A DNA stretch of 64,000 nt from a virus, in IMG/VR virus record IMGVR_UViG_3300022746_000019, positions 1 to 64,000 of that record; one strand, written 5' to 3'. Within the stretch, counting starts at the first letter, position 1, and every line of letters starts with the position of its first letter. Made by a program: the position numbers and the translations under genes. The notes below the pieces were generated by a model, which was given only the letters and a program-made list of their open reading frames with translations, was not told the DNA's origin and did no database searches. Below, one piece after another: positions 1 to 9,105 of the stretch.

Positions 1-243
1 TTTCCACCAAGCTGCGAGTAGCGGGCGTGAACCCAGTGAGCGGCAGCGGGGGATGGGTACTTCGCAAATTTTGTTTTTGCCTGAGTGGTAATCATGTTCC
101 ACAGGCGGGGATTTGCAGGAAGAAGTTTAGGGCCTTCTTGGACTTCCTTGTGGGAAATAAGGGCCATCAAATATCCTTAACGAAAGCGGTATCCCGCCCC
201 TCGCGGAAAGGGGACACGAGGGGCTGGGACCCGCAGATTTTAG

Positions 244-642
244 TTAGTCCTGAACGACAGCAGGGTTGGTGCGCTGCTGATGAGCACCGTTGCGGAACAC
301 CTCTTCGAAGGTGACCACGCCGTGATCGGAGAAGGCGCCGCGTGCGAACTCGTTGAGAGTGTCGGGAGCCTCCACCCAAGCAGCGGAACCGACGTGTGCG
401 CGCTCGCGCATGGTCTCTTCAGCGGTCTTGGTGTGAACAGGGGCGTTACGGTTTGGACGACCCGGTGCCGGCACGTAGCCCTGACGAGCGCCAATGGCAA
501 TCTCATTCGGGATGTCGGTGTCGGTAGCAAGACCTTCTTCGAAACGCAACGGACCGCGCTGACCCGGGAGGGCCGGCGAAATCTTGCGTGCAAAGGTGTT
601 GCCCGGACGCTCAGGGAACTTGGGCGCAGGTGCGATAGACAT
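244..642 (-). CDS. hypothetical protein downstream of terminase
   Basis: 132-aa ORF with AGGAG RBS, co-oriented with terminase. Confidence 0.75.
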   Translation of the reverse strand: MSIAPAPKFPERPGNTFARKISPALPGQRGPLRFEEGLATDTDIPNEIAIGARQGYVPAPGRPNRNAPVHTKTAEETMRERAHVGSAAWVEAPDTLNEFARGAFSDHGVVTFEEVFRNGAHQQRTNPAVVQD

Positions 643-713
643 TTTTCTCCTAAAGGTTGAGGTACCTCGTGTAAAAGTTTCCCATTTTATTTGGTAGTTT
701 GGTTGCTAAACCG

Positions 714-2294
714 TTAGTTTCTGAAGAAGGGGCTACTGCTCATTTCCACCTGTGGCATGGTGGTTTCTAGGGTCAAAGCGCAGGCAATGGCTAGGGAGTC
801 AGCAAAGTCGTCGTGGGCGTGGGCTTCATCAGGCGCCTTGGCGCTGTAGTTGGGGCCAGAGAACTTGACCTCAAGGTCTGACATCTGCTGGTAGAACCGT
901 TTCCACGTACGCAGGCGGCGGGTCTTGGCGTGGGCCGGCCATGAAATCATCCGGCGGTCAATAAGTGCCTTGAGGTGCTTCCAGCGCTTGGACTGCTCCT
1001 GCAGGCTACTACCTACCGCGTAGACCTCGGCACGGGGCAGCAACAACTTTAGGCGCTGGGCAACCGCGTCACCCACGCCGTTGGCATCGACTGCCACAGA
1101 CAGCACGTTGTAGTTGCTGAGGAAGTTGACAATCTGGAAGTACTGATCCTCCCAGTCATCTCCCTGAATCTCCAGCCAGTTAAGAATTCGGTGGTCGTAG
1201 TAACCAAACTCGTCTGGGTTAGACCAGTCAACAAACACCACAGTCACGACGGTGGAGTCCTGTTTACGAGCCGGATCGATTCCCACTACGACAGGGGTGC
1301 TGTGCCATGCTCGGAACACTTCGACCTTGAGGTCGCCAAGTTCATCCAGCACATTTGATGTGACAAACATACCGCGGTCAAGAAGCCACTTGCAGCAGTA
1401 CGACATCTGGAACTCGTCAGAGTCCTCACCAATACGGAGCATTTCCTTCTTGATGAACTTGCCGTAATTGGAGTTCACTTTGGCGACATCGCGCCAGTCC
1501 CACTCAAAGTGGTTTCGACGCTTACTGCGTTCGGTTTGGCGGCGCTTGTTCAACTGAATAGAGCGGTAGAAGTTGTTCTTGTGTGTGGTCGGGGTTCCCG
1601 TCTTAACCATGGTTCCCGAGTAGTACGCAAGCATTGGGGAGATTGATTTGGAAACCACAAAGTCGTCGGCTTCCTGACACTCGTCGATAACGATGAGATG
1701 GAAGGACTTGGATTCAATCTTGGCTCGCGGGTTAGCCGTCATCATCATGAGGCTGGAGCCAGACTTCTTCAAACGGATTTGGCGCACAACGCCGGGCACT
1801 TTGCCTAGGGAGTCGTCAATCTCAGGGTCACCGAGAATGCTCGCTGCAGTCTCCGATGTAAGGCGGCTAACAGTTCTACCGAACAGGGTTTCTACCTGGC
1901 CCTCAACAGGAGCGAACATACCAATCCAGATGCCATCCTTGAAACGGCCAAGGAGATCCGGATACATACGCGCCAAACGCGGCAGCAGCACCATAAGGCC
2001 AGCCACAGTATTGGCGATGGTTTCAGACTTGCCCGACTGACGCGCTGCAAGCGCAGTAATCTCTTCGCCGTCGTTAATAATCACAGACTCAATAAGCCTG
2101 CGGGCAAGGGGGAGCTGATAAGGGTGGTACTGGTTACCTGACAAGGCTTCGCAGAATACAACGCACTTGTCAATTAACTTGGAGAGAAACGCCTTAGATA
2201 ACTCGTCGAGTTCTTCTTCAGGCTCTTCCAGAAACTCGTCTGGAAGTTCTTCCTCCAAAAGGTTCTCTTCATCGAAAAATTGAACATCACTCAT
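714..2294 (-). CDS. terL: terminase large subunit
   Basis: Walker A ARQSGKS, Walker B IVIDE, coupling motif GTP, RNaseH-like GIDPAR and C-terminal HDDFADSLA; start MSDVQ after AGGA RBS. Confidence 0.93.
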   Translation of the reverse strand: MSDVQFFDEENLLEEELPDEFLEEPEEELDELSKAFLSKLIDKCVVFCEALSGNQYHPYQLPLARRLIESVIINDGEEITALAARQSGKSETIANTVAGLMVLLPRLARMYPDLLGRFKDGIWIGMFAPVEGQVETLFGRTVSRLTSETAASILGDPEIDDSLGKVPGVVRQIRLKKSGSSLMMMTANPRAKIESKSFHLIVIDECQEADDFVVSKSISPMLAYYSGTMVKTGTPTTHKNNFYRSIQLNKRRQTERSKRRNHFEWDWRDVAKVNSNYGKFIKKEMLRIGEDSDEFQMSYCCKWLLDRGMFVTSNVLDELGDLKVEVFRAWHSTPVVVGIDPARKQDSTVVTVVFVDWSNPDEFGYYDHRILNWLEIQGDDWEDQYFQIVNFLSNYNVLSVAVDANGVGDAVAQRLKLLLPRAEVYAVGSSLQEQSKRWKHLKALIDRRMISWPAHAKTRRLRTWKRFYQQMSDLEVKFSGPNYSAKAPDEAHAHDDFADSLAIACALTLETTMPQVEMSSSPFFRN

Positions 2295-2412
2295 AGTTAT
2301 CCTAAATTGGAATGGGGGCTCCAGGCGGAGCCCCCACCCATGCCACACTAGGGAGAAGGAAGCGAAGGCGGTATAACTATAGCACTTTATCGACTTTTGT
2401 GCTTACAATGAA

Positions 2413-2652
2413 CTATTTGATGTTGCGCTTATACATTTCATTTACCACTGCGTGCATAGCCTCAGCCCCGTTGAGTGCTTCTTCCATGTAAACAGGGTTT
2501 CGGGTCTTTTCCCATTCGCTAATACAGCGGCCCAACTCACTGATTGATTGATCCGCCCACGACGCCAGTTCCGAGGTGGGGATGCGCGATACTCGATTTG
2601 CAAGTTTCTCGGGGAAAGGCTTTTCCCAACGAGGTTTCTTGAACATCACCAC
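2413..2652 (-). CDS. hypothetical protein
   Basis: ORF overlapping the upstream gene in a co-oriented run. Confidence 0.65.
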   Translation of the reverse strand: MVMFKKPRWEKPFPEKLANRVSRIPTSELASWADQSISELGRCISEWEKTRNPVYMEEALNGAEAMHAVVNEMYKRNIK

Positions 2653-2924
2653 TCCCCTACCTCCTCAGCACTAAATGTCTGGGATAGTTTGAGGGCGTCT
2701 GCCATGAGGGCGTCAACCGCATCGTCATCGTCGATGTTCTCTGGCTGGTACACCCAGATACCTACAGCTAACCCTAAATATGTCTTTGGGAGTCTAAATA
2801 CTAGGCATACGCCTTTTCGGTAGGGTCGGGTGGTCTCTTGAGTCGTACCCTTTTCAACCACAGGCAGTAAATTCCGGTGGTAGTACTTAAGTGTGTGTGC
2901 GTATAGTGGCCCGAATGTTTTCAC
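2646..2924 (-). CDS. hypothetical protein
   Basis: ORF in tightly packed operon. Confidence 0.65.
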   Translation of the reverse strand: MKTFGPLYAHTLKYYHRNLLPVVEKGTTQETTRPYRKGVCLVFRLPKTYLGLAVGIWVYQPENIDDDDAVDALMADALKLSQTFSAEEVGEW

Positions 2925-2926
2925 TG

Positions 2927-3412
2927 TTACTGTTGGCTTCCTAATCCTCTGATGTGACGTTGCAATGCTGCCTGCACCCTAGGTCCCCCAAGCCTGGAGC
3001 TTTGCTTTCCATGCATGGCAATTTGTGCTTCTTTTGAGGCCCCCAAAGAACGAATCATATTGGTGCTTAGGTCGTGGATGTTTGCTTTACCCATCATACC
3101 TTCACCAATTCCATGGGGCTTATTGTTGAACCCGTTGACATGAAGCCACTCACCTTTAGAAGGAGCCGACTTAAACGAGTTCCACTCAATCTCTGTAATT
3201 CGGTAGTAATTCCAAAATGTTCCGTCAGGAAAGACGACGGTCATGGTTCCGGTCTTATAGTCGTATCCCGCTCGGAGTGTCCGTGGTTTGCTAGGGTTTT
3301 TTGTAGAGGTTACATAAATTCGAATTCTAGCCGGAGAGTCGTCTAGTTCACTTTCCTCGGGGTCTAGGTCGGTTACGTCGTACCGACCCTGCTCTTCATC
3401 ATTTGTTGGCAT
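2927..3412 (-). CDS. KTSC-domain protein
   Basis: GYDYKTGTMTVVFPDGTFWNYY...FKSAPSKG matches the KTSC pattern (GYD..L.V.F..G..Y.Y...A.SKG). Confidence 0.75.
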   Translation of the reverse strand: MPTNDEEQGRYDVTDLDPEESELDDSPARIRIYVTSTKNPSKPRTLRAGYDYKTGTMTVVFPDGTFWNYYRITEIEWNSFKSAPSKGEWLHVNGFNNKPHGIGEGMMGKANIHDLSTNMIRSLGASKEAQIAMHGKQSSRLGGPRVQAALQRHIRGLGSQQ

Positions 3413-3688
3413 TTATTCCTCGCAGACGTGGTCTTCTGTTTGATCTGAGCGGACGCGTTCGTAGCATTCCCCGCAAGTAAGCCATTTGACCGAGTAACGC
3501 TCGTCCACTACCTCTTCCTCAAACACATCGAAGGTGTTAGTAACCAACTTTGGCTGGATGGCGTAGGGCTCTAGGAATTCCTCGGGGGAGCGTGCGTAAG
3601 TAACCGACCGTGGGAGGTAGTGCGCTTGCCTGGCGCGGGACCGGTTAGAGTTAAGAGTTACCGGAAACTCGCTGCTGAACTCACTCAC
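3413..3688 (-). CDS. hypothetical protein with C-terminal CxxC...HxC
   Basis: ORF abutting the next gene. Confidence 0.55.
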   Translation of the reverse strand: MSEFSSEFPVTLNSNRSRARQAHYLPRSVTYARSPEEFLEPYAIQPKLVTNTFDVFEEEVVDERYSVKWLTCGECYERVRSDQTEDHVCEE

Positions 3689-3851
3689 TGTCGGCGGCCT
3701 TGCGGCGGCGCTTCACCGGGGAAGGCTTGCTAAGGACGCGTGCACCCTCCCGCACATGGGCTGGTACGCACTTTTCGCAGTAGTTGACGCTAGGGGCAGT
3801 TCGGTAATTAACTTCGTACACGGCGTCGTTAGAGCAATTAGCACAGGTCAT
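3681..3851 (-). CDS. small Zn-finger protein (56 aa, not in ORF track)
   Basis: hand translation MTCANCSNDAVYEV...YCEKC; GGAGG RBS. Confidence 0.65.
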   Translation of the reverse strand: MTCANCSNDAVYEVNYRTAPSVNYCEKCVPAHVREGARVLSKPSPVKRRRKAADSE

Positions 3852-3881
3852 GTCTGTACCTCCTAGGGCTTACATTGTAAC

Positions 3882-3913
3882 AAAAAAGAGGGGCGGAGAT
3901 GACTCCGCCCCTC
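3882..3913 (-). terminator. intrinsic terminator
   Basis: GAGGGGCGGAG/CTCCGCCCCTC stem followed by a T6 run on the minus strand. Confidence 0.8.
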
Positions 3914-3923
3914 AATTGGATGC

Positions 3924-4112
3924 TTAGCTTCCGATGCCGAAAACCGGATCCTTGGGGTTGAGCCAGCGAAGGATGACCGGAAGGACGGCGGCTGCGGCTG
4001 ACTTAGCGATTGCTGACGGGTCGGTCACGCCAGTGAGGTAAACCGCAATAGCGGCGGCCAAGAACGAACGTGCCCAAGAGGCAAGAAGCGCCTGTGCTTT
4101 CTTAGTATTCAT
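3924..4112 (-). CDS. holin-like small membrane protein
   Basis: 62 aa, two hydrophobic segments, LRWLNPKDPVFG tail typical of actinophage holin-like proteins. Confidence 0.65.
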   Translation of the reverse strand: MNTKKAQALLASWARSFLAAAIAVYLTGVTDPSAIAKSAAAAVLPVILRWLNPKDPVFGIGS

Positions 4113-4147
4113 GTGTCTCCATATCTAGTAGGGAGACCAGTATACAT

Positions 4148-4513
4148 TTAAGCTTTGATGAGCGCAATTATGATATTTACGACAATTGCGGAAAATGCCG
4201 CGACGACGCCCGCAACTGCTACCGGGCTAATCTTGGAGGCCTTTTGGCCAGCCATAACGCCTTCAATGCCGCCTACGCGCTCATTAATCTTGCTGAACGC
4301 GGCATCATGCTGGGTTACTCGATCCGAGAGGTCGTCAATGCGCTTCTCAGCGCCTGCGCTGGCCTCAACGACTCGTAGACGGTCTTCGTGGTCTTCAGCA
4401 ATCTCTTTGAGATTACCAAGGCCGTCGACCAGTTTATTGGTCACCGCTTCCATCCTAGTTAGCATCTCAAACATCTGTTGTGCTGTGATGGTTACAATCG
4501 GTTGGTCGCCCAC
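4148..4513 (-). CDS. coiled-coil protein with C-terminal TM helix (lysis-associated?)
   Basis: DHEDRLRVVE coiled coil plus hydrophobic C-terminus, next to the holin-like gene. Confidence 0.6.
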   Translation of the reverse strand: MGDQPIVTITAQQMFEMLTRMEAVTNKLVDGLGNLKEIAEDHEDRLRVVEASAGAEKRIDDLSDRVTQHDAAFSKINERVGGIEGVMAGQKASKISPVAVAGVVAAFSAIVVNIIIALIKA

Positions 4514-4660
4514 GTCAATCCTTAGTCAAACGGACAAGTGGCATAATTAAATCACAATTTGTCCAACTTTTTAACTCAAACATATTAAACACATTGAGGG
4601 GTTACAAAGTTCTGTATCTCATGGGGTATGCTTATAGACCCTGACTGAGAGGAGCTACAC

Positions 4661-5110
4661 ATGCTTATTATCAGGACTGCGGTGTTGGTAGGAATTTTGG
4701 GGCTTGGTATCCAAGCCTCACATACCCTAACTCCACCTTCCGAGGCAGCAGGAGAAGCCTCGGTAGTAGCAGCGGCACCCGTCGCTGTTGCGCACAAAGT
4801 AGTTAGAAAAGTAAAACCGACTCCTTCCCGAAGCCGGGCATACGCCAGAAGTCTGGTGTCTGCGAAACAGTTCCAATGCCTAGACAAGCTTTGGACACGG
4901 GAGTCAAACTGGCGTCACACGGCCGATAACCCGAACTCCAGCGCTTACGGTATCCCGCAGGCGCTGCCGGGTAAGAAGATGGCTTCGGCTGGAAAAGACT
5001 GGCGCACCAACCCCGAAACCCAGATTAACTGGGGCCTGAAGTACATAAACTCCGTTTACGGATCACCGTGCAATGCATGGGCGTTTTGGAAAAAGCATCA
5101 TTGGTACTAA
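4661..5110 (+). CDS. secreted lytic transglycosylase (SLT/lysozyme-like)
   Basis: signal peptide; catalytic RESNW, AYGIPQALPG, QINWGLKYI..VYGSPCNAW. Confidence 0.88.
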   Translation: MLIIRTAVLVGILGLGIQASHTLTPPSEAAGEASVVAAAPVAVAHKVVRKVKPTPSRSRAYARSLVSAKQFQCLDKLWTRESNWRHTADNPNSSAYGIPQALPGKKMASAGKDWRTNPETQINWGLKYINSVYGSPCNAWAFWKKHHWY

Positions 5111-5111
5111 C

Positions 5112-5143
5112 AAAAAGGCCCCCGCTCACGCGGGGGCCTTTTT
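5112..5143. terminator. bidirectional intrinsic terminator
   Basis: AAAAAGGCCCCCGC-TCAC-GCGGGGGCCTTTTT between convergent genes. Confidence 0.85.
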
Positions 5144-5150
5144 ACTTTTG

Positions 5151-5993
5151 TTAGTCGACGTACAGAACTGTCAGAGTAACAGTGGCACCTTCATCGATGA
5201 TATCGCCGGCGGCTGGATCCTGTGAGATAACGCGGCGTGTAGTGGTGTTCGAACCCCATACTGCGCCTGAGCAAACAGCGTCGAATGAGAGATCAGTATT
5301 AGCGAACGAAATGGTGTTTGCTACCTTATCCACTGCGGTCAACTGCTGGTAACCAAGTGCAATTGGAGTTTCGCCTGGGCCGGGAGCCACAATGAACTGG
5401 TCAATGTAAACAGTGTCGCCAGCTCGCAAGTTAAGCACGTCGTCAACAGTCAAAGTTACAGTAGAAGTAGTGGTCTTTCCGTGAGTTACGCCAGGATTAA
5501 CCGTGTAGGTATTCCAGGAAAGATTTGCTGCGGTAAGCGCTGGTGCGTATTCAGGAACTGCCATACCAACAACGTTTGGAACAACGGTCTCAAATCCTGG
5601 GTCGCCATCGCCTGCGTAGTTAGGGATGTAACCAGGGAAGTTTGAGTAACCAGTGGTTGCAATGATGTGGTTGTCAGCCGGAACTTTAACTTCAAATCCA
5701 CCAAAGGTGTTACCGATGGTTACTGAGTAATCTTCGGTCTGGAGCGTTCCGCTCTTGAAGTATGTAGTAGGAGCCCAGTAAGCGTCACCGCTACCGCCAC
5801 CAAAATTGGTCTCGGCGTAGCCGCGGTCATCGTTTGGCTGAAGCGGGAGGTTGCCCCAGACATAATCAACCTGGACTTCGCCCGTAACAATGACTGGGTC
5901 GCCAGTAATTGGATCGAGCACCGGGAACCAGCCTGAAGCGCCAGTCTCGGGGTTGTACTGCCAGGCCTTCTTTACATAAGACTCTCTAGCCAT
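5151..5993 (-). CDS. PASTA-domain protein with VDYVWGNLPLQPNDDR motif
   Basis: VVPNVVGM and VISQDPAAG...VTLTV halves of a PASTA repeat with an insertion between them. Confidence 0.7.
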   Translation of the reverse strand: MARESYVKKAWQYNPETGASGWFPVLDPITGDPVIVTGEVQVDYVWGNLPLQPNDDRGYAETNFGGGSGDAYWAPTTYFKSGTLQTEDYSVTIGNTFGGFEVKVPADNHIIATTGYSNFPGYIPNYAGDGDPGFETVVPNVVGMAVPEYAPALTAANLSWNTYTVNPGVTHGKTTTSTVTLTVDDVLNLRAGDTVYIDQFIVAPGPGETPIALGYQQLTAVDKVANTISFANTDLSFDAVCSGAVWGSNTTTRRVISQDPAAGDIIDEGATVTLTVLYVD

Positions 5994-6002
5994 GTCTTTT
6001 CC

Positions 6003-6143
6003 TTACTTCTTGTTATCTCGGAGGACAGTGAAGGTCGGCTTGTCACCACAGGTGGGGCAGCCGCCAAGGACAATCTTTACGCCAGCAACGGCGTCGGTGT
6101 ACGTTTCAGTACCGCAATCGCAAGTTTTTTCAAGCTTAGCCAT
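6003..6143 (-). CDS. small Zn-ribbon protein (46 aa, not in ORF track)
   Basis: hand translation MAKLEKTCDCG...GCPTCGDK; fills the gap between genes. Confidence 0.6.
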   Translation of the reverse strand: MAKLEKTCDCGTETYTDAVAGVKIVLGGCPTCGDKPTFTVLRDNKK

Positions 6144-6146
6144 GGT

Positions 6147-6764
6147 TTACCACCAGTTTCCTGTGTTCTTTGTCGGGTCCTGACATTGGTACACAACCAT
6201 CGAGTAAGTGGTGGGGTCGCCACTATCAGCCGCGACAACGGTATTGGGGCTGAAGTTGCTATACAAAACAACGTGGTCTACATCTTTACCGAACACCTTG
6301 TAACCAGTGTTAGTGTCTTCCCACAGGAGTTCCTTGGGGTCGATGTAGTACCAGAACAGAGCACCATCATTATTGGGGGTGCCACCCGTGTCGTACGGTC
6401 CAGAACCGCCGCTAAATGTGAAGTCAACAAAGTACTCACGCGGAACGCCACAAGCCACAAGCGTGTTAATCACGTTGTAAAGTTTCAGTTCTTCAAAGTT
6501 GAACCCGTCCGTGTAGCACAGGTACAAAGCTGGCCAACGGAACGCAGGCCCTTCGATGTTAAGAGTATTACCCACATTAGGGGTAAACGACGGGTACCCA
6601 GAGTATTCTGCTAGGGCGCGGCTGGAGTCGTCCATAGTGCCCAGCAAGGGATTTTCGGCTGCCCAGCGAGCATCGTTTGGCTGCAACGGCAGGTTGCCCC
6701 AAACAAAGTCTACGCATGGGTTACCGTTGTCATCAAGGAGATGACCAAATTCGTTAACCGCCAC
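6147..6764 (-). CDS. hypothetical protein, N-terminal paralog of 5151-5993
   Basis: shares VDFVWGNLPLQPNDAR and YSGYPSF motifs. Confidence 0.75.
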   Translation of the reverse strand: MAVNEFGHLLDDNGNPCVDFVWGNLPLQPNDARWAAENPLLGTMDDSSRALAEYSGYPSFTPNVGNTLNIEGPAFRWPALYLCYTDGFNFEELKLYNVINTLVACGVPREYFVDFTFSGGSGPYDTGGTPNNDGALFWYYIDPKELLWEDTNTGYKVFGKDVDHVVLYSNFSPNTVVAADSGDPTTYSMVVYQCQDPTKNTGNWW

Positions 6765-6829
6765 AGTTACCGATCCTATCTGTCAGGTAGTAGGTAGTAT
6801 GGCAGTTATTTGATAGTTTTTAGGGCTAA

Positions 6830-6991
6830 TCAAGAAAGATGTTCGCCGTTAGGGCCTCGACCCGGGTCGGCATAAGAAAGCACGCTTGGCTTTTCAATTG
6901 AGTGCGGAAGGCTACGAAGCCCGAACCGCGTGTCGCGGACTTCCTGCGTGGGAACCTCCACGGACGCCTCGAATTCTTTGGCGCGGCTCAC
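6830..6991 (-). CDS. hypothetical protein (53 aa)
   Basis: GTG start overlapping the upstream TGA; hand translation. Confidence 0.5.
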   Translation of the reverse strand: MSRAKEFEASVEVPTQEVRDTRFGLRSLPHSIEKPSVLSYADPGRGPNGEHLS

Positions 6992-7161
6992 CGGTCCCAG
7001 CGATTCCATTGCTTCACATTCGTTTGTATGCCATAGGTAGCTCCTGATGCCCGAGTCAGAGCATCGCGGAATTCTCGGGAGTCTGCGCCCCGGTACTGAG
7101 CCTGAAGGACCTTACGAGCTGCGTCGTTCCGTGGGTCAGACGGCTGCGGAATCTTTGCCAT
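6988..7161 (-). CDS. hypothetical protein (57 aa)
   Basis: hand translation MAKIPQPSDPRND...; starts just after the upstream stop. Confidence 0.55.
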   Translation of the reverse strand: MAKIPQPSDPRNDAARKVLQAQYRGADSREFRDALTRASGATYGIQTNVKQWNRWDR

Positions 7162-7163
7162 GG

Positions 7164-7823
7164 CTACTTCTTTTTAGCTGGTGCCTTCTTGGCAGCGGGG
7201 GCTTTCTTTGCTGCGGGTGCTTTTTTAGCAGCAGGAGCCGCAGGTGCGGGCGTAGTATCGCGGAATACGGATTCACCGGGGACCGCGCCGCGAAGGGCAT
7301 GACCCTTGTCGTAACCAAGCTGGGAAAGAGCGGCCGAACGAAGACCCTTGTTCTTTGCTACCTTATGCACCCGGAGGTTGGGGCCATCAAGCGGGTGCCA
7401 GTTGGCTTCGCGCTTATTGCTCTGCTCGACGTCAGCCTTCTCTGAGGATTCTCCGCTGATACGGTTCTTAGCCAAGTATGATCCAATTGATGCTCCGGTT
7501 ACTGGGCTTGACTTAGGGGTAGGGCGATCCTGTGGTGCGCGGGTAACAAATGTGTTGTTGCCGAAAGTGGCGCGCTCAATAGCACCAGCGTGGCTTGCAA
7601 TGTGGGTGACCATTTCCATTTGCTGAGCGTGTGCCACATGGGCTTCGTTAATACGAGTGTTGGAGACATGGGTGACCATTTCCTTCTCGCGCTCATGGTG
7701 TTCTGCAGCGCCGCGGCGGGTCATTCCGCCAAGCATTGCGCCAGTAACAAGGCCACCAACCGCAGCGCCAATGCCACCGCTAGTGCGGCTGCTGCCGCCG
7801 TCCCACGAGTTTGCCTTTACCAT
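7164..7823 (-). CDS. Gly-rich N-terminal segment plus histone-H1-like PAAKKA tail
   Basis: AAGGAG RBS; GGIGAAVGGLVTGAMLGG; C-terminal (PAAKKA)x3. Confidence 0.7.
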   Translation of the reverse strand: MVKANSWDGGSSRTSGGIGAAVGGLVTGAMLGGMTRRGAAEHHEREKEMVTHVSNTRINEAHVAHAQQMEMVTHIASHAGAIERATFGNNTFVTRAPQDRPTPKSSPVTGASIGSYLAKNRISGESSEKADVEQSNKREANWHPLDGPNLRVHKVAKNKGLRSAALSQLGYDKGHALRGAVPGESVFRDTTPAPAAPAAKKAPAAKKAPAAKKAPAKKK

Positions 7824-7886
7824 GATTAGTCTCCTTTGTTGGGACAAGTTTACCGAGTGAGCCGCGTTATTTATGCGGCAACGCGA

Positions 7887-8180
7887 TTACTTTTCGTTTT
7901 CCTTCTTGCCTGCGCGACGCTTGTTTTCCTTGGCGGTGTTCTTGCCATGCTTCAATGGGCGGAGGTTCGACTTCCGGTCGTCGGAGTGGTTGTTGTTCTT
8001 GTGGTCCACATCTGTGTTGCGGGAAAGTTTCGTCCCCGTCTTTTCTTCATAATCAGCGCGGGCCTTATTCTTCGAAGTGGTGACCCACTTCCCGCCGACC
8101 TTTTTCTTATAGACGTAAATCGGCCTGCCGCCGTTAGCGTCAGACCCCTTGTACGGGCCAAACTTCTTAGTCTCTGCCAC
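7887..8180 (-). CDS. HNH-like endonuclease
   Basis: DVDHKNNNHSDDRKSNLRPL...KN pattern. Confidence 0.7.
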   Translation of the reverse strand: MAETKKFGPYKGSDANGGRPIYVYKKKVGGKWVTTSKNKARADYEEKTGTKLSRNTDVDHKNNNHSDDRKSNLRPLKHGKNTAKENKRRAGKKENEK

Positions 8181-8419
8181 TAGTACATCTCACCGAAGCC
8201 TGTGGCTTCATTTTTACCCATTGCAAAGTCGGTTGCTCGGTCTACTACGCTTTTAGCGGCGTTCTCAGCGGAGTTACCAATTGAACCGCCAATAGTGCTA
8301 CCGATGGTGCGACCAAGCATGGCGCCAGCCGCGGTGCCGCCGCCGGGCTCGAGAAAGGTACCAATCGCTCCACCGATAACGGTTCCTGCGATAGACCCAA
8401 TAGTTCCGCCAATGCTCAT
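8180..8419 (-). CDS. glycine-zipper protein
   Basis: repeated GxxxG (GGTIGSIAGTVIGGAIG...GRTIGSTIGGSIG). Confidence 0.65.
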   Translation of the reverse strand: MSIGGTIGSIAGTVIGGAIGTFLEPGGGTAAGAMLGRTIGSTIGGSIGNSAENAAKSVVDRATDFAMGKNEATGFGEMY

Positions 8420-8434
8420 AAGTTATGCCCTAAT

Positions 8435-8677
8435 CTAGTAGATTTTACCAAGGTTGAGGTCTGACTTGCCTTCTGCGCTACCGGTAACAAAGTGAGAAGC
8501 CCGGTCAACAACATTTTGAATTCCGCTTACGGGATTCACGAACTTACCGACTTTGCCAATAATGTTTCCTAGACCACTGGATGCCGCGGCTTCTCCGCCA
8601 GCCACTGCTTCAGCGCCAGCGGCGGTTTCCGCCCCAAGTCCAAGTGCCCCAATAATTTCAGGGATTAACATCGCCAT
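8435..8677 (-). CDS. Gly/Ala-rich small protein, paralog of 8180-8419
   Basis: shares VVDRA[TS]xF and a C-terminal G-x-[MI]-Y. Confidence 0.6.
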   Translation of the reverse strand: MAMLIPEIIGALGLGAETAAGAEAVAGGEAAASSGLGNIIGKVGKFVNPVSGIQNVVDRASHFVTGSAEGKSDLNLGKIY

Positions 8678-8685
8678 AATCAGGC

Positions 8686-9105
8686 CTAGTACATTCCGTA
8701 GGGATTGGTTGTAACCTGCTGGTTGGCGTCAGCCTGACCTGCGACAAAGTGCCCAACGCGGCTTGCGGCGCGACCAGTTCCAGTTGCAACGCGGTTTGCA
8801 AGGTGTGCACCAACAATTGCCCCAATTTGAGGAGCGTAGGTAGTTCCGAGGTTTTCGGCCGCAGCCACATAGCGACCCTTGTTAGCGGCAAGGTGCGAGC
8901 CTACTTCACCAGCCATTCGACTCGTGGCGCTCTGCTGATGCGGAACACCCCTATCGGTGAGATCACGGACAGTGTTGGCGGCGTGTTCACCAATGTCAAC
9001 GAAGGACGCGGCGTTCTTGCCAGCAGTCTTGCCAATCTGGGATGCGTACTTAGCGCCTAACCGGCTGCCAATAGCAGCGCCTGCCGCCGATGCAAGGTAT
9101 CCCAT
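8686..9105 (-). CDS. Gly/Ala-rich protein
   Basis: AGGAG RBS; GAAIGSRLG, GAIVGAHL; ends YGMY. Confidence 0.6.
   Translation of the reverse strand: MGYLASAAGAAIGSRLGAKYASQIGKTAGKNAASFVDIGEHAANTVRDLTDRGVPHQQSATSRMAGEVGSHLAANKGRYVAAAENLGTTYAPQIGAIVGAHLANRVATGTGRAASRVGHFVAGQADANQQVTTNPYGMY

Noticed and set aside
7887-8180. HNH gene as a mobile homing element
   Set aside because: Short, translationally coupled and not inserted in a conserved gene; more likely a resident small HNH protein.
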